Below, in pieces: positions 1-8,293 of a DNA stretch of 64,000 nt (within the stretch, counting starts at the first letter, position 1; every line of letters starts with the position of its first letter). The position numbers were made by a program, and so were the translations under genes. Source of the stretch: Alphaproteobacteria bacterium (GTDB taxonomy: Bacteria > Pseudomonadota > Alphaproteobacteria > SHVW01). The stretch is taken from the NCBI GenBank assembly GCA_009694085.1, contig SHVW01000002.1, positions 11,595 to 75,594 of the forward strand, read 5' to 3'. The notes under the pieces were generated by a model. That model was not told the origin of the DNA. It searched no databases and was given only the letters and a program-made list of their open reading frames with translations.

Positions 1-786
1 GACGACAATTCCGAAACCGTTAAGGCGCGGCTGGCGGCCTACCGCGCCCAGACCCAGCCGATCCTGCCCTATTACCGGTCCAAAGGCATCCTGGCCAAGG
101 TTGACGGGATGGCTGAAATCGACGTGGTCACGCGTCAGATCCAGAGCGTCGTGCGCGCTAAGCGCGCGGCTGGCACGCCCTCGATCATGTCCACGCCCAA
201 GCCCGTGTTGCCGCCTTCCGCACCAGGTTCTGCCTGGCGGCCTGCCATTCCTCCGGCTCCGCCGCGCCCGCCGATGCCGGTCGCCCCACCGCGCCCGGTA
301 GCCAGCGGTATCCCGGTGCGGCCATCGGCCGCGGCCCAGGCAATCAAGCCGCCTCAATCTGATCAAGCGGCGCCTTTAGCGAAGCCGGTCCCGGCCGAAG
401 CCAAGCCGGCGAAACCGGCCGCCAAGGCCAAGAAGGCGACTAAGGCACGTCCGGCGGCAAAGAAGAAGGCCGCGGTCAAGAAGCCCATCTCGAAGAAGGT
501 GGCGGCGAAGAAAGTTGCCGTCAGAAAGCCGGCCAAAGCCCATAAGCCGGCACCCAAGAAAGCTGCTGCCAAAAAACCCGTCTCTCGGAAGCCGGCCGCC
601 AAAAAGGCCGTCAAAAAGAGTCAAAAGTCCCGTCGGCCCGCCAAAAAGCCGGCCAAAGCCCATAAGCCGGCACCCAAGAAAGCTGCTGCCAAAAAATCCG
701 TCTCTCGGAAGCCGGCCGCCAAAAAGGCCGTCAAAAAGAGTCAAAAGTCCCGTCGGCCCGCCAAAAAGCCGGCCAAGCGGCGCTGA
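1..786 (+). CDS. adk: adenylate kinase, 5'-truncated by the window edge, with a ~200-codon Pro/Ala/Lys-rich C-terminal extension
   Basis: Frame 1 is open from nt 1 and reads DDNSETVKARLAAYRAQTQPILPYYRSKGILAKVDGMAEIDVVTRQI (Adk C-terminal region). It is continuous with ORF 109..786. Its position just upstream of rpsM fits the conserved adk-rpsM order. The tail is AKKPAAKK-type low complexity. Confidence 0.8.
   Translation, partial: DDNSETVKARLAAYRAQTQPILPYYRSKGILAKVDGMAEIDVVTRQIQSVVRAKRAAGTPSIMSTPKPVLPPSAPGSAWRPAIPPAPPRPPMPVAPPRPVASGIPVRPSAAAQAIKPPQSDQAAPLAKPVPAEAKPAKPAAKAKKATKARPAAKKKAAVKKPISKKVAAKKVAVRKPAKAHKPAPKKAAAKKPVSRKPAAKKAVKKSQKSRRPAKKPAKAHKPAPKKAAAKKSVSRKPAAKKAVKKSQKSRRPAKKPAKRR
525..776 (+). 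repeat. 120-bp tandem direct repeat inside the adk tail: two full copies (531-650 and 651-770) plus short partial flanks
   Basis: Base-by-base comparison of the two copies shows one difference (C577 vs T697, Pro->Ser). The period is a multiple of 3, so the frame is preserved. Confidence 0.95.
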
Positions 787-802
787 GGGGGCGGACCAAT
801 GA

Positions 803-830
803 TTGACTCCCGGACCGACATCCCTATAAT
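803..830 (+). promoter_or_regulatory. near-consensus sigma70-type promoter for the rpsM operon (TTGACT - 16 nt - TATAAT)
   Basis: TTGACT at 803-808 and TATAAT at 825-830, about 130 nt upstream of the rpsM start. AGGAGA SD at 945-950. Confidence 0.55.
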
Positions 831-957
831 CCGCCCGCTCGCCCGCCTGGCGGCTGGAGGGTTCCTATTGTCCGCAGTTTCGCTCGCTCGCGCGGCTGGC
901 CTCGAGCCAGTGGCGCGTTTGTCTGTTTACGGTTCTTGAAGACCAGGAGATACCGAC

Positions 958-1338
958 TTGGCGCGTATAGCCGGCGTTAACATACCGACGCAGAAGCGCG
1001 TGTTGATCGCGCTGACCTACATTCATGGCATCGGCAACACCCGATCCCAGGAAATTTGCCAGAAGGTCGGCATCCCTGTCGAGCGTCGGGTGCATCAGTT
1101 GACCGACGACGAGATCCTGCGCATTCGTGAAGCCATCGACCGGGACTATCGGGTCGAAGGCGATCTGCGCCGCGAAGTGGCAATGAATATCAAGCGCCTG
1201 ATGGATCTCGGCTGCTACCGGGGCCTGCGCCATCGCAAGGGCCTGCCCGTACGCGGTCAGCGCACCCACACCAATGCCCGCACGCGCAAGGGCCCGGCGA
1301 AGGCGATCGCCGGCAAGAAGACCGCCGTCAAGAAGTAA
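958..1338 (+). CDS. rpsM: 30S ribosomal protein S13
   Basis: (TTG)[33 protein letters not shown]... is a typical S13 N-terminus. SD AGGAGA lies upstream. Confidence 0.95.
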   Translation: MARIAGVNIPTQKRVLIALTYIHGIGNTRSQEICQKVGIPVERRVHQLTDDEILRIREAIDRDYRVEGDLRREVAMNIKRLMDLGCYRGLRHRKGLPVRGQRTHTNARTRKGPAKAIAGKKTAVKK

Positions 1339-1359
1339 GCGCGAAGGACCAGACACGCT

Positions 1360-1767
1360 ATGGCGAAGCCACAACAGACGACCGCTGTCGTTGCGCGCCC
1401 GCGCCGGCGCGAGCGCAAGAACATCACGGCCGGCGTTGCCCATGTGAACGCCAGCTTCAACAACACGACCGTGACGATCACGGACGCCCAGGGCAACACG
1501 ATTGCGTGGGCATCCTCTGGCAGCCTCGGCTTCAAGGGTTCGCGCAAATCGACGCCCTATGCCGCCCAGGTCGCCGCCGAGGATGCCGGCCGCAAAGCCA
1601 TGGAGCACGGCATGCGCACCCTGGAAATTCAGGTCAAGGGGCCGGGTGCGGGGCGCGAGTCCGCGCTTCGTGCGCTCCAAAGCGTGGGCTTTGCCGTGAT
1701 GTCGATCCGCGACGTGACGCCGATCCCGCACAATGGTTGCCGCCCGCCCAAACGCCGGCGCGTTTGA
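1360..1767 (+). CDS. rpsK: 30S ribosomal protein S11
   Basis: [32 protein letters not shown]...[14 protein letters not shown] is the S11 signature. Confidence 0.95.
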   Translation: MAKPQQTTAVVARPRRRERKNITAGVAHVNASFNNTTVTITDAQGNTIAWASSGSLGFKGSRKSTPYAAQVAAEDAGRKAMEHGMRTLEIQVKGPGAGRESALRALQSVGFAVMSIRDVTPIPHNGCRPPKRRRV

Positions 1768-1867
1768 TTGCTTGGGCCACCCGGCGGGTGCACCGCCGGG
1801 TTCGATGAAGACGATTTCGCGGGTGCGCGTTCCTTGCGCCCCCCCCCCGACCATGAGGTCTCAGACC

Positions 1868-2884
1868 GTGATCCAAAAGAACTGGCAAGCCCTGATCAAG
1901 CCGAACAAGCTCAACGTCGAATCCGGCGACGATCCCAAGCGGATCGCCACCGTGGTTGCCGAGCCGCTCGAACGCGGCTTCGGCCTGACGCTGGGCAATG
2001 CGCTCCGGCGCGTGCTGCTGTCCTCGCTTCAAGGCGCGGCGGTCACGTCGTTGCAGATCGAGGGCGTGTTGCACGAGTTTTCCTCGATCCCCGGCGTGCG
2101 CGAGGACGTGACCGACATCGTGCTCAACATCAAGGCGATGAGCCTGCGCATGCATGGCGACGGCCAAAAGCGCATCTGGCTGAAGGCGACCGGCCCGGGC
2201 GAAGTGACCGCAGGCATGATCGAGACTGGCCACGATATCGAGGTCATGAACCCCGAACTGGTCATCTGCACGCTCGACCAGGGCGCCAAAATCACCATGG
2301 AAATGACGGTCGAATCGGGCAAGGGCTACGTCGCCGCGACCCAGAACCGGCCGGAAGACGCGCCGATCGGGCTCATCCCGGTGGATGCGCTGTTCAGCCC
2401 GGTACGCCGGATTTCCTACAAGGTCGAGAACAGCCGCGTCGGCCAAGTGACCGATTACGACCGGTTGGCACTTCGCGTCGAAACCGACGGTTCGGTCACG
2501 CCGGAGGACGCGGTGGCACTCGCCGCGCGGATCTTGCAAGACCAGCTCCAACTCTTCATCAATTTCGAAGAGCCGCGCGCGGTCACCGAGGAAGAGAAGC
2601 CGGCCGAGCTGCCGTTTAACCGCAATCTGCTGCGCAAGGTGGACGAGCTTGAGCTGTCCGTGCGCTCGGCCAACTGCCTGAAGAACGACAACATTGTCTA
2701 TATCGGCGATCTCGTGCAGAAGACCGAGTCGGAGATGCTGCGCACGCCGAACTTCGGCCGCAAGTCGTTGAACGAAATTAAGGAAGTTCTGACGGCTATG
2801 GGCCTGCATCTCGGCATGGAAATCACGAACTGGCCGCCCGAGAATATCGAGGATTTGGCCAAACGCCTGGAGGAACCGTACTGA
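1868..2884 (+). CDS. rpoA: DNA-directed RNA polymerase subunit alpha
   Basis: (GTG)[13 protein letters not shown]...[30 protein letters not shown] matches alphaproteobacterial RpoA N-termini. GAGG at 1855-1858 serves as SD. An in-frame ATG at 1853 is an alternative start, but it is preceded by a C10 run and has no SD. Confidence 0.9.
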   Translation: MIQKNWQALIKPNKLNVESGDDPKRIATVVAEPLERGFGLTLGNALRRVLLSSLQGAAVTSLQIEGVLHEFSSIPGVREDVTDIVLNIKAMSLRMHGDGQKRIWLKATGPGEVTAGMIETGHDIEVMNPELVICTLDQGAKITMEMTVESGKGYVAATQNRPEDAPIGLIPVDALFSPVRRISYKVENSRVGQVTDYDRLALRVETDGSVTPEDAVALAARILQDQLQLFINFEEPRAVTEEEKPAELPFNRNLLRKVDELELSVRSANCLKNDNIVYIGDLVQKTESEMLRTPNFGRKSLNEIKEVLTAMGLHLGMEITNWPPENIEDLAKRLEEPY

Positions 2885-2930
2885 TCGCGGGCTAAGGCCA
2901 GCGGTCCGATCGAGGTTTGGGAGAAGTCGC

Positions 2931-3371
2931 ATGCGTCACGGCAATCATCATCGCCGCTTTAGCCGGCGTTCCGACCATCGCAAGGCGATGTTCGAGAATC
3001 TGTCGACCTCGTTGCTGAAGCACGAGCAGATCACGACCACGCTGCACAAGGCCAAAGATCTGCGTCCGATCGTGGAGAAGCTGATCACGCTCGGCAAGCG
3101 CGGCGGCCTGCATGCGCGCCGTCTGGTATTGAGTCAGTTGAGCGACGCCAAGGTGACGCAGAAGCTGTTCACCGTGATCGCCGATCGCTACAAGGAGCGC
3201 AAGGGCGGCTACACCCGCATCGTGCGTGCCGGTTTCCGTCACGGCGATGCGGCCGCCATGGCGCTGATCGAGTTGGTCGATCGCGACCCCACGGCCAAGG
3301 GTACGGATTCCGGTCCGACGCGCGATGCTAAGAAGACGGCTGAGGCTGAAGCGACGGCAGCCGCAGCGTAA
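2931..3371 (+). CDS. rplQ: 50S ribosomal protein L17
   Basis: [46 protein letters not shown] is a typical L17. Confidence 0.95.
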   Translation: MRHGNHHRRFSRRSDHRKAMFENLSTSLLKHEQITTTLHKAKDLRPIVEKLITLGKRGGLHARRLVLSQLSDAKVTQKLFTVIADRYKERKGGYTRIVRAGFRHGDAAAMALIELVDRDPTAKGTDSGPTRDAKKTAEAEATAAAA

Positions 3372-3399
3372 GAAGGCTACTCGATTTTGGCATTCACGT

Positions 3400-3434
3400 G
3401 AGGGCAGCCAAGTTGGGCTGCCCTCGACTTTTTT
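3400..3434 (+). terminator. rho-independent terminator of the alpha operon
   Basis: 10-bp stem GAGGGCAGCC (3400-3409) / GGCTGCCCTC (3416-3425) with a 6-nt loop, followed by a T6 run at 3429-3434. Confidence 0.8.
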
Positions 3435-3522
3435 GCGCTGCACAAATTGTCGTGTTTATGATGTATAACTGCCTTGCGCTATCGGCGGTTAACGCCGGGG
3501 CGCGATCATTCAGGGAGGCCCG

Positions 3523-4296
3523 GTGGTTGATTCCGAGATCATTTTGCAGACTGACGGATTAACCAAGGAATTCAAGGGATTCGTTGCGGTCAAAGAGGTC
3601 GCGCTCAAAGTCAGGCGCGGCACGATCCACGCCCTCATCGGCCCCAATGGCGCGGGCAAGACGACCTGTTTCAACCTGCTGACAAAATTTCTGCCCCCGA
3701 CCGCGGGGCATATTCACTACAAGGGCGCGGAGATCACCCGCGCCGCACCCGCCGATATCGCGCGCATGGGGCTGGTGCGGTCATTCCAGATTTCTGCCGT
3801 GTTCGGCCATCTGAATGCGCTGGAGAACGTGCGCGTGGCGCTCCAGCGTAGGCTGGCGACCTCGTTTCAATTCTGGAAATCCGAGCGCACGCTCGACCAA
3901 CTCAACGGGCGCGCCGAGGAACTTCTGGCAGCGGTCGGTTTGCAGGATTTTCGCGATTACCTCGCAATCGAACTGCCCTATGGCCGTAAGCGCGCGCTGG
4001 AAATCGCCACCACGCTGGCGCTCGATCCGGAGATGTTGCTGCTGGACGAACCGACCGCCGGCATGGGCCACGAGGATGTTGGGCGCATCGCCCAACTCAT
4101 CAAGAAAGTCGCCAAGGATCGCACCGTTCTGATGGTCGAACACAATTTGAGCGTGGTCGCCGATCTATCCGATCGCATTACCGTGCTGGCCCGCGGCGAG
4201 ATCATCGCCGAAGGCAGCTATGCCGAAGTCAGCCGCGATCCCCAGGTCCGGCAAGCCTATATGGGGTCGACGGATGTGGAGGCGGGCCATGGCTGA
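3523..4296 (+). CDS. branched-chain amino acid ABC transporter ATP-binding protein (LivG-like)
   Basis: Walker A GPNGAGKTT, signature LPYGRKRALEIA, Walker B LLLDEPTAG. GTG start after AGGGAGG. Confidence 0.85.
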   Translation: MVDSEIILQTDGLTKEFKGFVAVKEVALKVRRGTIHALIGPNGAGKTTCFNLLTKFLPPTAGHIHYKGAEITRAAPADIARMGLVRSFQISAVFGHLNALENVRVALQRRLATSFQFWKSERTLDQLNGRAEELLAAVGLQDFRDYLAIELPYGRKRALEIATTLALDPEMLLLDEPTAGMGHEDVGRIAQLIKKVAKDRTVLMVEHNLSVVADLSDRITVLARGEIIAEGSYAEVSRDPQVRQAYMGSTDVEAGHG

Positions 4297-5020
4297 GGCG
4301 GCGCGCGCCATGCCGGCGAATGCGGACATGCTGGCGGTTGCCGGGCTGCATGCTTGGTACGGCGAATCTCACGTTCTGCACGGCGTCGATCTCAGCATCC
4401 GCCCGGGCGAGGTCGTCACCCTGCTCGGGCGCAACGGCGCGGGCAAGACGACCACGCTGAAATCCATCATGGGCATTCTGGCCAAGCGCACGGGCTCGAT
4501 CGTTTTCGAGGGCGTGGAAACCATCGGCTTGCCGTCCAATCGCATCGCCCGGCTGGGCGTGGCCTTCTGCCCGGAGGAGCGCGGTATTTTCGCCAGCTTG
4601 GACGTCAGCGAGAATCTCGAGTTGCCGCCGGTCGTGCGGCCAGGCGGCATGACGATCGCTGAGATCCATGTGCTGTTCCCGAACCTGAAAGAGCGCGCGC
4701 GCAGCCAGGGCACCAAGCTCAGCGGCGGCGAGCAGCAGATGTTGGCGATCGCGCGCATCCTGCGCACGGGTGCCGCCTTGCTGTTGTTGGACGAACCGAC
4801 CGAAGGTCTGGCCCCCGTCATCATCGAGCAAATCGGCGCCTGCATCCGCCAGCTCAAGGCCAAGGGCTTCACGATTCTGTTGGTCGAGCAGAATTTTCGT
4901 TTCGCGGCGACGGTCGCCGACCGGTTTTATGTTATGGAGCACGGCCGCATGATCGACCACATCGTGCGCTCCGCGCTCGAGGCCAACAGGTCTAAGTTGC
5001 ACGACTATCTCGGCGTTTGA
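4289..5020 (+). CDS. branched-chain amino acid ABC transporter ATP-binding protein (LivF-like)
   Basis: GRNGAGKTTTLKSIMG, LSGGEQQMLAIARIL, LLLDEPTEGLAP. The ATG at 4289 overlaps the upstream stop. The longer ORF start at 4220 is unlikely. Confidence 0.85.
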   Translation: MAEAARAMPANADMLAVAGLHAWYGESHVLHGVDLSIRPGEVVTLLGRNGAGKTTTLKSIMGILAKRTGSIVFEGVETIGLPSNRIARLGVAFCPEERGIFASLDVSENLELPPVVRPGGMTIAEIHVLFPNLKERARSQGTKLSGGEQQMLAIARILRTGAALLLLDEPTEGLAPVIIEQIGACIRQLKAKGFTILLVEQNFRFAATVADRFYVMEHGRMIDHIVRSALEANRSKLHDYLGV

Positions 5021-5053
5021 TTCAGCATCTATCAACCAGAGGGAGATTGAGCC

Positions 5054-6268
5054 ATGACCATAAAGCGAATGCTCGGTACTGCTGCGGCGGTTCTGATGGC
5101 GGCGGGAACCGCCCAGGCCCAGATGTCCGACGGCGGCATCAAGATCGGCGTGCTGTCCGACATGTCGAGCCTCTATACAGACCTTAGCGGTGCTGGCTCC
5201 GTGTTGGCCGCGCGCATGGCGGTGGAGGATTCCGGCATCGCCGGACGCAGCATCAAGGTCGAGATCGTCTCGGCCGACCATCAGAACAAGGCCGATGTAG
5301 GCTCCAACACGGCGCGTCAATGGTACGACGTGGACAAAGTCGATGTGATCGTCGACACGCCGAACTCCGGCGTGGCGCTCGCGGTCAACGAGATCTCGCG
5401 CGAGAAGAACAAGGTGTTCCTGGTGTCCGGCGCAGCCAGCTCCGACCTGACCGGTTCGAAATGCTCGCCTAATACCATCCACTGGACCTACGACACCTGG
5501 GCGCTCGCCAACGGCACGGGCAACGCCATCGTCAAGACCGGCGGCGATAGCTGGTACTTCCTGACCGCCGACTACGCCTTCGGCCACGCACTCGAACGCG
5601 ACACTGAGGCGGTCGTGCTCAAGAACGGCGGCAAGGTCAACGGCAAGGTGCGCCACCCGCTCAACAATGCCGATTTTTCGTCCTTCCTGCTCCAGGCCCA
5701 AGCGTCCAAAGCCAAGATCATCGGGCTGGCGAATGCCGGCGGCGACACCACCAACGCGATCAAGCAGGCGGCTGAGTTCGGTATCGTCAAGGGCGGCCAG
5801 AACCTGGCGGGTTTGCTGGTGTTCCTGACCGACGTGCACGGCTTGGGCCTCCCCACCGCCCAGGGTCTGATCTTTACCGAGGCGTGGTACTGGGACATGA
5901 ACGATGCCAACCGCGCCTTCGCCAAGAAGTTCTCGGCGGCCAACAGAGGCATCCACCCCACCATGATCCATGCCGGCGTTTATTCTGCCGTGACCCACTA
6001 TCTCAAATCGGTCGAGGCGCTGAAAAGCGATGCCGACGGCAAGGCCGTGGTCGCCCGCATGAAGGCAACGCCAACCGAAGACACGCTGTTCGGCAAGGGC
6101 ACGATCCGCGCCGATGGCCGCAAGATCCACGATATGTACCTGTTCGAGGTCAAGGCGCCGGCGGAATCGAAGGCGCCGTGGGATTACTACAAGCTGCGTG
6201 CCACCATCCCGGCGGCCGACGCCTTCCGCCCCGTGGCCGATGGCAACTGCCCGCTGACCAAGAGCTGA
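5054..6268 (+). CDS. ABC transporter periplasmic substrate-binding protein (Leu/Ile/Val-binding family)
   Basis: Signal peptide MTIKRMLGTAAAVLMAAGTAQA followed by a type-I periplasmic-binding-fold sequence. Embedded in the liv-type transporter operon. Confidence 0.85.
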   Translation: MTIKRMLGTAAAVLMAAGTAQAQMSDGGIKIGVLSDMSSLYTDLSGAGSVLAARMAVEDSGIAGRSIKVEIVSADHQNKADVGSNTARQWYDVDKVDVIVDTPNSGVALAVNEISREKNKVFLVSGAASSDLTGSKCSPNTIHWTYDTWALANGTGNAIVKTGGDSWYFLTADYAFGHALERDTEAVVLKNGGKVNGKVRHPLNNADFSSFLLQAQASKAKIIGLANAGGDTTNAIKQAAEFGIVKGGQNLAGLLVFLTDVHGLGLPTAQGLIFTEAWYWDMNDANRAFAKKFSAANRGIHPTMIHAGVYSAVTHYLKSVEALKSDADGKAVVARMKATPTEDTLFGKGTIRADGRKIHDMYLFEVKAPAESKAPWDYYKLRATIPAADAFRPVADGNCPLTKS

Positions 6269-6290
6269 GACGCGGCACACATAGGGAAAT

Positions 6291-6321
6291 CGCCCCCGCC
6301 CGTTTCATACGGGCGGGGGCG
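6291..6321 (+). other. GC-rich intercistronic hairpin between the binding-protein gene and the permease genes
   Basis: Perfect 12-bp stem CGCCCCCGCCCG (6291-6302) / CGGGCGGGGGCG (6310-6321) with a 7-nt loop and no T-run. Confidence 0.6.
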
Positions 6322-6351
6322 GTGACCGCACCCTTGCCTCGGCACTGATCG

Positions 6352-7239
6352 ATGTCCACGATCTTCGGCATTCCGCCCCAAGCCTTGTTCGGCCAGCTCC
6401 TGCTCGGCCTGATCAACGGCTCGTTCTATGCCATGCTCAGCCTTGGCCTGGCGGTCATCTTCGGCCTGCTCAACATCATCAATTTCGCCCATGGCGCGCT
6501 CTATATGATGGGCGCCTTCGTGGCTTGGTTCCTACTCCAGCATCTGGGCCTCGGCTATTGGTGGGCTCTGTTGCTCGCACCTATCGCGGTCGGGTTGGTC
6601 GGCATGGTGTTCGAGCGCGCCATGCTGCGTCATCTCTACAAACTCGATCACCTCTACGGCCTACTTCTCACCTTCGGCCTCGCCCTGATCATCGAGGGCC
6701 TGTTCCGCAACGGCTTCGGCTCCTCGGGCCAGCCCTATCGCATTCCCGCCGAATTGCAGGGCGGCACCAATTTGGGCTTCATGTTTCTGCCCAACTATCG
6801 CGCCTGGGTCGTCGTGGCGTCGCTGGTCGTCTGCCTGGCCACTTGGTTCATGATCGAGCGCACAAGGCTCGGCGCCTATTTGCGCGCGGCGACCGAGAAC
6901 CCGGCCCTGGTTCAGGCCTTTGGCATCAACGTGCCGCGCATGATCACGCTGACCTACGGTTTCGGCGTGGCGCTCGCCGCCTTCGCCGGCGTGCTGGCGG
7001 CGCCGATCTATCAGGTCAACCCCCTCATGGGCTCCAACTTGATCATCGTTGTGTTCGCGGTCGTGGTGATCGGCGGCATGGGTTCGATAATGGGCTCGAT
7101 CGTCACCGGCTTCGCCCTTGGCATCGTCGAGGGGCTGACCAAGGTGTTCTATCCCGAGGCATCCAACACGGTGATCTTCGTGATCATGGCGACCGTGCTG
7201 CTGATCAAGCCAGCCGGCCTGTTCGGACGGAGCAACTGA
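6352..7239 (+). CDS. branched-chain amino acid ABC transporter permease (LivH-like)
   Basis: Polytopic membrane protein. Starts LLGLINGSFYAMLSLGLAVIFGLLNIINFAHGALYMMGAF, the LivH family pattern. Confidence 0.85.
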   Translation: MSTIFGIPPQALFGQLLLGLINGSFYAMLSLGLAVIFGLLNIINFAHGALYMMGAFVAWFLLQHLGLGYWWALLLAPIAVGLVGMVFERAMLRHLYKLDHLYGLLLTFGLALIIEGLFRNGFGSSGQPYRIPAELQGGTNLGFMFLPNYRAWVVVASLVVCLATWFMIERTRLGAYLRAATENPALVQAFGINVPRMITLTYGFGVALAAFAGVLAAPIYQVNPLMGSNLIIVVFAVVVIGGMGSIMGSIVTGFALGIVEGLTKVFYPEASNTVIFVIMATVLLIKPAGLFGRSN

Positions 7240-7240
7240 C

Positions 7241-8203
7241 ATGACGACGCTCCACGGCGCAACCGCCGCGACCGGCGATTCCGGGCGCGCCCAGATCGTC
7301 GCCTTCCTGATCATGACCGGGCTGCTGATCGCCGCACCCGCCGTGATCTATCCGATCTTCCTGATGAAGGCACTATGCTTTGCGCTCTTCGCCTGCGCTT
7401 TCAATCTGCTCCTCGGCTTCGGCGGCCTAGTCTCGTTCGGGCATGCGGCCTTTCTGGGGACGGCCGGCTATGTCTCGGCCCATGCGGCCAAGGAGTGGGG
7501 CCTGCCACCCGAGCTGGCGATCCTCGGCGGCACCGCGGCGGCCACCCTGCTCGGCCTGGTGTTCGGCCTGATCGCCATCCGCCGCCAGGGCATTTATTTC
7601 GCCATGGTAACCCTGGCCTTGAGCCAGATGGTCTATTTCTACTGCCTCCAGGCGCCGTTCACCGGCGGCGAGGACGGTATCCAGGCCGTGCCGCGCGGCA
7701 TGATGTTCGGCTTCATCGATCTGCGCCAGACCATGACGCTCTACGCCGTGGTGCTGACCATCTTCCTCGGCGCCTTCCTGCTGATCTACCGAACCATCCA
7801 CTCGCCCTTCGGCCAGGTGCTCAAGGCGATCCGCGAAAACGAGCCGCGCGCGATATCGCTGGGTTACCGCGTCGATCACTATAAGCTGCTGGCCTTCGTG
7901 CTATCCGCCGCTATCTCCGGCCTGGCCGGTGCCACCAAGTCGCTGGTGTTCCAGCTCGCCACGCTGACCGACGTGCACTGGAGCATGTCGGGCGAGGTCG
8001 TGCTGATGACCCTGTTGGGCGGGCTGGGCACCATCTTCGGCCCCGTGGTCGGCGCCTTCGTGATCGTCGCCATGCAGAACTACCTCGCCCAGTTCGGCGC
8101 TTGGGTCACCATCATCCAGGGCGCGATCTTCGTGATCTGCGTGCTGCTGTTCCGCCGTGGGATCATCGGGGAGCTGGGGCGGGTGTTGAAGAAGGCGCTG
8201 TAG
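7241..8203 (+). CDS. branched-chain amino acid ABC transporter permease (LivM-like)
   Basis: FNLLLGFGGLVSFGHAAFLGTAGY motif. Starts 1 nt after the livH-like stop. Confidence 0.85.
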   Translation: MTTLHGATAATGDSGRAQIVAFLIMTGLLIAAPAVIYPIFLMKALCFALFACAFNLLLGFGGLVSFGHAAFLGTAGYVSAHAAKEWGLPPELAILGGTAAATLLGLVFGLIAIRRQGIYFAMVTLALSQMVYFYCLQAPFTGGEDGIQAVPRGMMFGFIDLRQTMTLYAVVLTIFLGAFLLIYRTIHSPFGQVLKAIRENEPRAISLGYRVDHYKLLAFVLSAAISGLAGATKSLVFQLATLTDVHWSMSGEVVLMTLLGGLGTIFGPVVGAFVIVAMQNYLAQFGAWVTIIQGAIFVICVLLFRRGIIGELGRVLKKAL

Positions 8204-8293
8204 CCGGCTGGATTGAAGAAAATCCACACCTACATGCTATGCTCAATGGCCGGCGCGATGCCGGCTTGATATTCGACACTACGGGCATCCCGC

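Noticed and set aside
525-776. Tandem repeat considered as a CRISPR or other non-coding array
   Set aside because: There are only two 120-bp copies with no spacers. The period is divisible by 3 and the repeat lies inside an open reading frame continuous with adk. It is a coding duplication.
3435-3522. Sigma70-type promoter for the LIV transporter (TTGTCG...TATAAC)
   Set aside because: The spacing between the best -35-like and -10-like hexamers is only 11 nt, and the alternatives are poor. I could not support a specific promoter call.
4229-6280. 683-aa minus-strand ORF, and similar long antisense or out-of-frame ORFs (865-1854, 1634-2932, 14628-15773, 20824-22332, 23242-24603, 35962-37275, 38417-39655, 39471-40679, 52549-53373, 57860-58960 and others)
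   Set aside because: Each overlaps a confidently recognised gene on the other strand or in another frame. Each has Arg/Gly/Ala/Pro-rich composition without family motifs. They are GC-driven open frames, not genes.
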